A stretch of DNA of 30,542 bases from Ranitomeya imitator (lineage: Eukaryota), in NCBI RefSeq assembly GCF_032444005.1. It is one part of the record NC_091285.1 of this genome. One strand, given 5' to 3'. Shown one piece after another: positions 1 through 9,336 of this stretch. Under the pieces are notes generated by a model. That model searched no databases, was not told where the DNA came from, and was given only the letters and a program-made list of their open reading frames with translations. The position numbers and the translations under genes were made by a program. Each line of letters begins with the position of its first letter. Within the stretch, counting starts at the first letter, position 1.

Positions 1-1410
1 ATAGTCCTCCATACAGTATTATAGGCACCACATAGTCCTCCATACAGTATTATAGGCACCACATAGTCCTCCATACAGTATTATGGGCACCACATAGTCC
101 TCCATACAGTATTATGGGCACCACATAGTCCTCCATATAGTATTATAGGCACCGCATAGTCCTCCATACAGTATTATAGGCACCGCATAGTCCTCCATAC
201 AGTATTATGGGCACCACATAGTCCTCCATACAGTATTATAGGCACCGCATAGTCCTCCATACAGTATTATAGGCAGCACATAGTCCTCCATACAGTATTA
301 TAGGCACCACATAGTCCTCCATACAGTATTATAGGCACCACATAGTCCTCCATACAGTATTATGGGCACCACATAGTCCTCCATACAGTATTATGGGCAC
401 CACATAGTCCTCCATACAGTATTATAGGCACCGCATAGTCCTCCATACAGTATTATGGGCACCACATAGTCCTCCATACAGTATTATGGGCACCACATAG
501 TCCTCCATATAGTATTATAGGCACCGCATAGTCCTCCATACAGTATTATAGGCACCGCATAGTCCTCCATACAGTATTATAGGCACCGCATAGTCCTCCA
601 TACAGTATTATAGGCACCGCATAGTCCTCCATACAGTATTATAGGCACCACATAGTCCTCCATACAGTATTATAGGCACCACATAGTCCTCCATACAGTA
701 TTATGGGCACCACATAGTCCTCCATACAGTATTATAGGCACCACATAGTCCTCCATACAGTATTATAGGCACCACATAGTCCTCCATACAGTATTATAGG
801 CACCACATAGTCCTCCATACAGTATTATAGGCACCACATAGTCCTCCATACAGTATTATGGGCACCACATAGTCCTCCATACAGTATTATGGGCACCGCA
901 TAGTCCTCCATATAGTATTATAGGCACCGCATAGTCCTCCATACAGTATTATAGGCACCGCATAGTCCTCCATACAGTATTATGGGCACCACATAGTCCT
1001 CCATACAGTATTATAGGCACCGCATAGTCCTCCATACAGTATTATAGGCAGCACATAGTCCTCCATACAGTATTATAGGCACCACATAGTCCTCCATACA
1101 GTATTATAGGCACCACATAGTCCTCCATACAGTATTATGGGCACCACATAGTCCTCCATACAGTATTATGGGCACCACATAGTCCTCCATACAGTATTAT
1201 AGGCACCGCATAGTCCTCCATACAGTATTATGGGCACCACATAGTCCTCCATACAGTATTATGGGCACCACATAGTCCTCCATATAGTATTATAGGCACC
1301 GCATAGTCCTCCATACAGTATTATAGGCACCGCATAGTCCTCCATACAGTATTATGGGCACCACATAGTCCTCCATACAGTATTATAGGCACCGCATAGT
1401 CCTCCGTACA
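1..1410. repeat. 31-bp minisatellite, variant A (ATAGTCCTCCATACAGTATTATAGGCACCAC), about 45 copies, open at the window start
   Basis: Direct 31-nt periodicity with few variant positions (ATAGG/ATGGG, CCAC/CCGC, ATAC/ATAT). Confidence 0.97.
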
Positions 1411-1726
1411 CAGTGAACAATAACTGATATTGTGGATATTCATATATAAACTCTGTCAAAAATAGATCTATTACTGGCAGTGAGGGCTGCTCCCAAGCAT
1501 ATATTAATCCTCCATAGAAAACATGGAGCCACTATACTCTCAATAAATGTGTTGAGACCAATATATTAAAATAAAATGTATACATTCTTTATCACTCACT
1601 CACATACATATAAAGATTTAGAACATATTCGTACATGGACAATGAAGAGACGGGACGAACTCTAGATACAAAACGTCTACCTCAACTTCCCTCTAAATAT
1701 TAAATTACGGCGCATGATATCATCAC

Positions 1727-1926
1727 CCATCCACCTCTCGGGTCTCCCCTTTTCCCCATAGTTTGTAGCTTGCGAGCAGCAGGGCCCTCACTCCTCCTGG
1801 TATCTGTTCTGAACTGTATTTCTGTTATGCTGTAATGTCTATTGTCTGTACAAGTCCCCTCTATAATTTGTAAAGCGCTGCGGAATATGTTGGCGCTATA
1901 TAAATAAAAATTATTATTATTATTAT
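1727..1926 (+). mobile_element. L2 LINE 3'-end fragment (about 200 bp) with (TTA)n tail
   Basis: Near-identical (about 5 differences by eye) to the reverse complement of 9298-9520, the 3' UTR of the L2 copy; ends GTAAAGCGCTGCGGAATATGTTGGCGCTATATAAATAAAAA(TTA)n. Confidence 0.88.
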
Positions 1927-2022
1927 CAGTATAATCCTTCCATAAGGGTCAGCATCAATTTACATGTGAATGGGTCGGCTTAATAAACATCTACAAACAA
2001 GTGTTGCTTCCATCCCCACATA

Positions 2023-3641
2023 CAGTTAGGGCCAGAAATATTTGGACAGTGACACAAGTTTTGTTATTTTAGCTGTTTACAAAAACATGTTCAGAAATAC
2101 AATTATATATATAATATGGGCTGAAAGTGCACACTCCCAGCTGCAATATGATAGTTTCCACATCCAAATCGGAGAAAGGGTTTAGGAATCATAGCTCTGT
2201 AATGCATAGCGTCCTCTTTTTCAAGGGGCCAAAAGTAATTGGACAATGGACTCTAAGGGCTGCAATTAACTCTGAAGGCGTCTCCCTCGTTAACCTGTAA
2301 TCAATGAAGTAGTTAAAAGGTCAGGGGTGGATTCCAGGTGTGTGGTTTTGCATTTGGAAGCTGTTGCTGTGAGCAGACAACATGCGGTCAAAGGAACTCT
2401 CAATTGAGGTGAAGCAGAACATCCTGAGGCTGAAAAAAAAGAAAAAATCCATCAGAGAGATAGCAGACATGCTTGGAGTAGCAACATCAACAGTTGGGTA
2501 CATTCTGAGAAAAAAGGAATTGACTGGTGAGCTTGGGAACTCAAAAAGGCCTGGGCGTCCACGGATGACAACAGTGGTGGATGATCGCCGCATACTTAAT
2601 TTGGTGAAGAAGAACCCGTTCACAACATCAACTGAAGTCCAGAACACTCTCAGTGAAGTAGGTGTATCTGTCTCTAAGTCAACAGTAAAGAGAAGACTCC
2701 ATGACAGTAAATACAAAGGGTTCACATCTAGATGCAAACCATTCATCAATACCAAAAATAGACAGAAAAACACCTCAAGAAGCCAGCTCAGTTCTGGAAA
2801 AGTATTCTATGGACAGATGAGACAAAGATCAACCTGGACCAGAATGATGGGGAGAAGAAAGGGAACGGCACATGATCCAAGGCACACCACATCCTCTGTA
2901 AAACATGGTGGAGGCAACGTGATGGCATGGGCATGCATGGCTTTCAATGGCACTGGGTCACTTGTGTTTATTGATGACATAAGAGCAGACAAGAGTAGCC
3001 GGATGAATTCTGAAGTGGACCGGGATATACTTTCAGCCCAGATTCAGCCAAATGCTGCAAAGTTGATTGGACGGCGCTTCATAGTACAGATGGACAATGA
3101 CCCCAAGCATACAGCCAAAGCTACCCAGGAGTTCATGAGTGCCAAAAAGTGGAACATTCTGCAATGGCCAAGTCAATCTCCAGATCTAAACCCAATTGAG
3201 CATGCATTTCACTTGCTCAAATCCAGACTTAAGACGGAAAGACCCACAAACAAGCAAGACCTGAAGGCTGCGGCTGTAAAGGCCTGGCAAAGCATTAAGA
3301 AGGAGGAAACCCAGCGTTTGGTGATGTCCATGGGTTCCAGACTTAAGGCAGTGATTGCCTCCAAAGGATTTGCAACAAAATATTGAAAATAAAAATATTT
3401 TGTTTGGGTTATGTTTATTTGTCCAATTACTTTTGACCTCCTAAAATGTGGAGTGTTTGTAAAGAAATGTGTACAATTCCTACATTTTCTATCAGATATT
3501 TTTGTTCAACCCTTCAAATTAAACGTTACAATCTGCACTTGAATTCTGTTGTAGAGGTTTCATTTCAAATCCAATGTGGTGGCATGCAGAGCCCAACTCG
3601 CGAAAATTGTGTCACTGTCCAAATATTTCTGGCCCTAACTG
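2023..3641 (+). mobile_element. Tc1/mariner DNA transposon no. 1 (1619 bp)
   Basis: TA at 2021-2022 and 3642-3643; perfect 35-bp TIR CAGTTAGGGCCAGAAATATTTGGACAGTGACACAA; inner sites resembling the TIR at 2227-2245 and 3420-3438; transposase ORF inside. Confidence 0.96.
2382..3386 (+). pseudogene. Tc1 transposase with an internal compensated frameshift; first catalytic Asp is out of frame
   Basis: HTH N-terminus, GRPR, VKHGGG, QMDNDPKH and SPDLNPIEH (D34E) are in frame. KHLKKPAQFWKSILWTDETKINL is encoded in another frame starting at 2768. Confidence 0.88.
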
Positions 3642-3784
3642 TATAAAGAGCCAATCATAGTGCAGAGTACAAGTAATACCAAAAATCTTACCCATGTGGG
3701 GGGAACAAAGAAGGGAGGAGGTAGTCACCCAGTGGTCAGGGACACATGTACGTGTCTGCAGGCTTCCTCGGGGGGCTGTGTCAC

Positions 3785-3964
3785 ACAGAATAATGGGCCC
3801 TATATAATGCTCCATACAGAATAATTTGCTCAATATAATGATCCATTCAAAATAATTGGCTCCATATAATACTCCATACAGAATAATGGACCCCATATAA
3901 TGCTCCATACAGAACAATAGGTCCCATATAATGCTACATAAAGTATAATGGGCCTCATATAATG
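3785..3964. repeat. Degenerate 31-bp minisatellite, variant B (CAGAATAATGGGCCCCATATAATGCTCCATA)
   Basis: About 6 diverged copies of the unit seen at 4325-4676. Confidence 0.85.
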
Positions 3965-4315
3965 ATCTAACGCATCGGGTATTCTAGAATATGCATGTCC
4001 CCGTAGTATATAGACAATGATGATTCCAGAATTCGCGGCAGACTGTGCCCGTCGCTGATTGGTCGAGGCAACCTTTATGACATCATTGTCGCCATGGCAA
4101 CCATTATGACCTCTACGTCGATACTGTGCCCGTCCCTGATTGGTCAAGGTCTGGTGGCCTCGACCAATCAGACGCGGGATGTCTACGTCCTTTATGACAT
4201 CATCGTCGCTGATTGGTTGAGGCCTGGCGGCCTCGACCAATCAGAGACGCGGGATTTCCTGGACAGACAAACAGACAGACAGACGGAAAACCCCTTAGAC
4301 AATTATATATATAGA
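3965..4315 (-). mobile_element. Probable non-autonomous Helitron with a truncated 3' end
   Basis: Minus strand begins A|TCTATATATATAATTGTC (Helitron-type 5' TC after A); internal repeats of CCGTCGCTGATTGGTCGAGG...CCTCGACCAATCAG and (CAGA)n. The other end stops at ...CCCGATGCGTTAGAT with no complete hairpin plus CTRR. No TIR or TSD. Confidence 0.5.
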
Positions 4316-4324
4316 TGATTCATT

Positions 4325-4676
4325 GAGAACAATGGGTCACATATAATGCTCCATACAGAACAATGGGTCACATATAATGCTCCATACAGAATAATGGTCT
4401 CCATATATTGCTCCATACAGAATAATGGGCTCCATATAATGCTCCATACAGAATAATGGTCTCCATATAATGCTCCATACAGAACAATGGGCCCCATATA
4501 ATGCTCCATACAGAACAATGGGCCCCATATAATGCTCCATACAGAATAATGGGCTCCATATAATGCTCCATACAGAATAATGGGCTCCATATAATGCTCC
4601 ATACAGTATAATGGGCCACGTATAATGCTCTATGCAGAACAGAGGGCCCCATATAATGCTCCATACAGTATAATAT
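4325..4676. repeat. 31-bp minisatellite, variant B, about 11 copies
   Basis: 31-nt period (ATGCTCCATA at 4501 and 4532); source of the MEHYM... ORFs on the minus strand. Confidence 0.95.
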
Positions 4677-4712
4677 GAATTAGTTACAGCACAAAAGCAT
4701 AGTAACTTACAA

Positions 4713-5408
4713 ATGGAACAAAAGCCATATATATGCCTTCAATATAGCCCGCAGTTTGCTAAAATTAAAGATATTATCAACAGGTATTTACCTATTTTAT
4801 ATGAAGATCCCCAGTTGTATGATATACTCAATTCTGGCATTAATGTGGTATCGAGAAGAGCCCCGACCATTGGCAATAAAATAGCCCCTAGTCTGTTTTG
4901 CTCTAAGAACAAATCCATAAAAACCTGGTTAAATTACCCAGGATTTTTTAAGTGTGGCACACGTAATTGCAGCACCTGTAAATTTGCCAGCATTGAAAAG
5001 ACTTTTTATAATGCGGATGAGACAATTAAATTCGATATAAAGCAGTACATAAATTGCAATTCTTGTAATGTGGTATACAAAATGCAGTGCACGGAGTGCA
5101 GCCTATCATATGGGGGCTGTACGTCCAGGAAATTAAAAACACGCATTAGGGAACACCTGTATGACATAGGTAACACTCAAAATGACAACAGGAATATATC
5201 AGCAGCATCTAAACATTTTGTTATGCATCATGCACGTAGCACGGTCACGTTCCAGGTCCAGGGAATCGAACGGGTCAATACCCCTATCCGGGGTGGTGAC
5301 ATTAGACGTCGGCTTCTCACACGAGAAGCATATTGGATATTCCAATTGAACACCTGCGTCCCAACAGGATTAAATAAAAGACATGAAGTTATGTTACATT
5401 ATTGCTGA
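4713..5408 (+). CDS. C-terminal Zn-linker plus GIY-YIG endonuclease portion of the PLE protein (231 aa, in the pseudo-LTR)
   Basis: Identical to the last 231 aa of 10744-12237 apart from one T/I change; [25 protein letters not shown]. Confidence 0.85.
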   Translation: MEQKPYICLQYSPQFAKIKDIINRYLPILYEDPQLYDILNSGINVVSRRAPTIGNKIAPSLFCSKNKSIKTWLNYPGFFKCGTRNCSTCKFASIEKTFYNADETIKFDIKQYINCNSCNVVYKMQCTECSLSYGGCTSRKLKTRIREHLYDIGNTQNDNRNISAASKHFVMHHARSTVTFQVQGIERVNTPIRGGDIRRRLLTREAYWIFQLNTCVPTGLNKRHEVMLHYC

Positions 5409-5530
5409 ATGTGATTTTAATTTTCTCTTTTTTTTCTTATGTTGTTATAAATGTTATAATGATTTTAGACAAAAGGACCTGTCAAATTGCCATGTGACTC
5501 AAATGAATGATCTGGTTGGGTGAGCCTCCT

Positions 5531-5536
5531 TATAAG
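5531..5536 (+). promoter_or_regulatory. TATA-like box in the pseudo-LTR (second copy at 12331-12336)
   Basis: TATAAG between CTCCT and AGGAG, about 30 nt upstream of the hammerhead-like motif; function inferred from position only. Confidence 0.45.
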
Positions 5537-5560
5537 TAGGAGAAGCTGCCTGATCCAGGT

Positions 5561-5602
5561 ATGGCTCTGATAAAGATCACTCCGATCGAAACGCGTTGCC
5601 GT
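5561..5602 (+). ncRNA. Degenerate minimal hammerhead-ribozyme-like motif (5' pseudo-LTR)
   Basis: ATGGCT-CTGATAA-A-GATC-ACTCC-GATC-GAAAC-GC-GTT-GCCGT: CUGANGA-like box with G8>A, GATC/GATC stem II, GAAA, palindromic AACGCGTT stem III. Minimal hammerheads are known from PLE ends. Confidence 0.55.
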
Positions 5603-5676
5603 TTATCTCTGCTATCCCAGGCACTTACCGTTGGGAGTCTGTACACCATGGACATTTGGATTTTATATTTGGATTC

Positions 5677-5682
5677 AATAAA
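5677..5682 (+). terminator. AATAAA polyadenylation signal in the pseudo-LTR (second copy at 12477-12482)
   Basis: AATAAA followed by T-rich sequence in both repeats. Confidence 0.5.
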
Positions 5683-5779
5683 TACATTGTTTTAAGGAGC
5701 TGGAACTCAATCCTTTGCTTTTCTGATGATCGGATCGTCCTCCTGCAGCGGAGTTCCGTGCACCTGCGGTGATTTACCG

Positions 5780-5950
5780 GTGAGCTGCCTACAAACCCCC
5801 TTCTTTTTGTTTATACTTATGCAGTTGCATAGCCGTGCTCCTGGTACTACTCCCTGATTATAAATTTCATACATATGTACTGTCAATTACCGGTTAAGTT
5901 GCCTAGGGATACAGAGGCTCTTTTTTCTTTTATATTTATTCACATATCAG
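5780..5950 (+). other. Putative 171-bp spliceosomal intron in the PLE 5' UTR
   Basis: Donor CCG|GTGAGC at 5780; polypyrimidine tract CTCTTTTTTCTTTTATATTTATTCACATATCAG ends at 5950, one base before the ATG at 5952. Confidence 0.6.
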
Positions 5951-5951
5951 C

Positions 5952-6296
5952 ATGGCTATGGACCTGACAAGAGACAGATTGCGTAAAGCTGCACAGGTGT
6001 TCTCTACTCATGAAAATGAGGATGTGGGTATATCCACCCTAACTGAAAATATGAGCAAGTTAGAAACACTTATGATGCAGGAAACAAAAGTGTGGTGGGA
6101 TCAGACTACATTAAATAATTATGTGGCCAAAGATATGATCCCAAGAGGTCTGCGGATCAAAAAAACACCCACAACCGTATACTCAGCAGAATTCTTGGAG
6201 GAGTGGAATTCTATTTTAAGTAAATGCTCGAAGGATCTAATGAAACTTATCACTAAATATGAAGAGGATAAATTGAAAAATATACAGCAAGAAATA
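5952..6296 (+). CDS. PLE upstream ORF (ORF1 or N-terminal domain), part 1, cut by Tc1 no. 2
   Basis: MAMDLTRD...MIPRGLRIKKTP...KNIQQEI; joins in frame to 7905 (DEVNLLLNDHK...) once the Tc1 and one TA are removed. Confidence 0.8.
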
Positions 6297-7902
6297 CAGT
6301 GGGGCAAAAAAGTATTTAGTCAGTCAGCAATAGTGCAAGTTCCACCACTTAAAAAGATGAGAGGCGTCTGTAATTTACATCATAGGTAGACCTCAACTAT
6401 GGGAGACAAACTGAGAAAAAAAAATCCAGAAAATCACATTGTCTGTTTTTTTAACAATTTATTTGCATATTATGGTGGAAAATAAGTATTTGGTCAGAAA
6501 CAAAATTTCATCTCAATACTTTGTAATATATCCTTTGTTGGCAATGACAGAGGTCAAACGTTTTCTGTAAGTCTTCACAAGGTTGCCACACACTGTTGTT
6601 GGTATGTTGGCCCATTCCTCCATGCAGATCTCCTCTAGAGCAGTGATGTTTTTGGCTTTTCGCTTGGCAACACGGACTTTCAACTCCCTCCAAAGGTTTT
6701 CTATAGGGTTGAGATCTGGAGACTGGCTAGGCCACTCCAGGACCTTGAAATGCTTCTTACGAAGCCACTCCTTCGTTGCCCTGGCGGTGTGCTTTGGATC
6801 ATTGTCATGTTGAAAGACCCAGCCACGTTTCATCTTCAATGCCCTTGCTGATGGAAGGAGGTTTGCACTCAAAATCTCACGATACATGGCCCCATTCATT
6901 CTTTCATGTACCCGGAGAAGTCGTCCTGGCCCCTTTGCAGAGAAACAGCCCCAAAGCATGATGTTTCCACCACCATGCTTTACAGTAGGTATGGTGTTTG
7001 ATGGATGCAACTCAGTATTCTTTTTCCTCCAAACACGACAAGTTGTGTTTCTACCAAACAGTTCCAGTTTGGTTTCATCAGACCATAGGACATTCTCCCA
7101 AAACTCCTCTGGATCATCCAAATGCTCTCTAGCAAACTTCAGATGGGCCCGGACATGTACTGGCTTAAGCAGTGGGACACGTCTGGCACTGCAGGATCTG
7201 AGTCCATGGTGGCGTAGTGTGTTACTTATGGTAGGCCTTGTTACATTGGTCCCAGCTCTCTGCAGTTCATTCACTAGGTCCCCCCGCGTGGTTCTGGGAT
7301 TTTTGCTCACCGTTCTTGTGATCATTCTGACCCCACGGGGTGGGATTTTGCGTGGAGCCCCAGATCGAGGGAGATTATCAGTGGTCTTGTATGTCTTCCA
7401 TTTTCTAATTATTGCTCCCACTGTTGATTTCTTCACTCCAAGCTGGTTGGCTATTGCAGATTCAGTCTTCCCAGCCTGGTGCAGGGCTACAATTTTGTTT
7501 CTGGTGTCCTTTGACAGCTCTTTGGTCTTCACCATAGTGGAGTTTGGAGTCAGACTGTTTGAGGGTGTGCACAGGTGTCTTTTTATACTGATAACAAGTT
7601 TAAACAGGTGCCATTACTACAGGTAATGAGTGGAGGACAGAGGAGCCTCTTAAAGAAGAAGTTACAGGTCTGTGAGAGCCAGAAATCTTGATTGTTTGTT
7701 TCTGACCAAATACTTATTTTCCACCATAATATGCAAATAAAATGTTAAAAAAACAGACAATGTGATTTTCTGGATTTTTTTTTCTCAGTTTGTCTCCCAT
7801 AGTTGAGGTCTACCTATGATGTAAATTACAGACGCCTCTCATCTTTTTAAGTGGTGGAACTTGCACTATTGCTGACTGACTAAATACTTTTTTGCCCCAC
7901 TG
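6297..7902 (-). mobile_element. Tc1/mariner DNA transposon no. 2 (1606 bp) with long TIRs
   Basis: TA at 6295-6296 and 7903-7904; 207-bp TIRs (6297-6503, 7696-7902) beginning CAGTGGGGCAAAAAAGTATTTAGTCAG, about one mismatch by eye. Confidence 0.97.
6513..7535 (-). CDS. Intact Tc1-family DD34E transposase, 340 aa
   Basis: Uninterrupted ORF: paired-like [43 protein letters not shown]-terminal GYITKY. Confidence 0.95.
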   Translation of the reverse strand: MVKTKELSKDTRNKIVALHQAGKTESAIANQLGVKKSTVGAIIRKWKTYKTTDNLPRSGAPRKIPPRGVRMITRTVSKNPRTTRGDLVNELQRAGTNVTRPTISNTLRHHGLRSCSARRVPLLKPVHVRAHLKFAREHLDDPEEFWENVLWSDETKLELFGRNTTCRVWRKKNTELHPSNTIPTVKHGGGNIMLWGCFSAKGPGRLLRVHERMNGAMYREILSANLLPSARALKMKRGWVFQHDNDPKHTARATKEWLRKKHFKVLEWPSQSPDLNPIENLWRELKVRVAKRKAKNITALEEICMEEWANIPTTVCGNLVKTYRKRLTSVIANKGYITKY

Positions 7903-7904
7903 TA

Positions 7905-8380
7905 GATGAAGTAAATCTTCTTTTAAATGACCATAAAACAGGTGCACAGTATGATGCACTAATGACACAAACTAAAGAAAGAATAATAGGTTTGGAGGAA
8001 CAAATCATGGATCGTAAAAAAAGAAAATTTACTAGAGATTCTGACGATTATGCGACTAATAAAGTGTATGATTGGGGCAATTGGACTAATATGAATAAAA
8101 CCCCGAAATCGATACTAAAACATAGCCAATCTCGCCAAAAACGGAAAAATCTCAAAAGCAAAGAAAAAATCGCATGTATATTTTACCTCGTCAGACCCTG
8201 ATTCATCAGATAATCAGGCTAGTGCTTCGGACATTTCCCTCAATGAAAACAGAGTATATACCCCAAGAAATAACTACCGCCAGACAAAAAACGCAGCAGG
8301 CGGGGGGGGGGGGGGGGGGGGGAGAAAACATAAGCGACGGGGGAATGACTACACGCAACAAGAAACTGCACAAAAGATAA
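7905..8380 (+). pseudogene. PLE upstream ORF, part 2 (frameshift near 8119-8173; junction with the RT frame at the G run)
   Basis: One frame runs 7905-8201 (...PKSILKHSQSRQKRK); a second frame gives KKSHVYFTSSDPDSSD...KNAAG; a third frame after the G run gives ENISDGGMTTRNKKLHKR-stop at 8380. Confidence 0.65.
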
Positions 8381-9296
8381 ATGAATATACGAACGTACTT
8401 AATCTGTCATCCAGAACTTTATCATCGGAACAAGTCCAAGTTTTATCCTTGGGATTAAATTTTGTTCCTGGCCAGGATTTTGACTTGTTCACAACAATTA
8501 TGGACACTAATAAATTTATTCGTAACCTCACTATTAGAATACATTTTCATCAGGAACAAAATAATGAAGAGGAATTAAACCAGGAAGGATCTGTAGCACC
8601 ATTTACATTGGATAACGAATATTCACAGATGGACTTTAAGGAACAAGTGGCATTGATTGCGTTACAAGATCTTAGTTTAGACACATTGCCGGATCATGAT
8701 CGGGTGCAGGTTTCTAAGAATTTCACCACCAAAAATCCCTACTATTATCCTATCCAGGCTAGATCTGAGTGTATGGATACATTTCAGGAAAACATAGAAA
8801 GGGAACTTAGACAATTAAATAAGGAAATAAAAACTAACAACAAATACAATCAAAAAAATATATCTATAAAAAAACGTAACGCAATAAGAGAATTGCAGAA
8901 TATGCCAGATCTTACAATCAAAATGTCAGATAAGGGAGGGGTGGTAGTGGTATTGGACACAGTGGACTATCAGAAAAAAATGTTGGAACTATTGTCAGAT
9001 CAAATTACGTATAAGAAATTGAAATACAATCCTTCACAAGAAATTATTAAAAAGAGAGATGCTATTATAAAGGAGGGATTTGATCTGGGGGTATTAACCA
9101 AAACACAAACGGAATATCTGATAGTTGAAAATCCAGTCACCCCTATAATATATGGGGTCCCTAAAATACATAAAAAAGAGGGGATTCCCCCTATGCGACC
9201 CATAGTACCTGGTATTGGGTCCTGTAACGAAAGACTCTGTCAATGGGTAGACTCTCTCCTCCAGCCACTTGTTAAACGGACCCCTGGATACATAAA

Positions 9297-9297
<1 letters not shown>
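8323..9297 (+). CDS. PLE reverse transcriptase ORF, part 1, cut by L2
   Basis: RKHKRRG...NVLNLSS...LGLNFVP...SDKGGVVVVLD...GVPKIHK...PMRPIV...PGYIK; frame open from 8119, first ATG only at 8500. Confidence 0.88.

Positions 9298-9336
<39 letters not shown>

Larger units (their letters stand above)
4677..5813 (+). repeat. PLE 5' pseudo-LTR copy: 5'-truncated duplicate of the endonuclease region and 3' UTR
   Basis: Offset 6829 to the 3' copy, then 6800 after a 29-bp deletion in the 3' copy; only a few substitutions. Confidence 0.95.

Noticed and set aside
4303-4664. MEHYM... repeat ORFs here and at 12507-12984
   Set aside because: They are translations of the 31-bp minisatellite cycling through all three frames.
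5723-5729. Perfect CTGATGA as a second hammerhead core
   Set aside because: No stem II followed by GAAA, and no matching stem III, was found downstream.
6297-6389. C-terminus of the 145-aa ORF (QWGKKVFSQ...)
   Set aside because: Read-through into the Tc1 TIR; the real continuation is at 7905.
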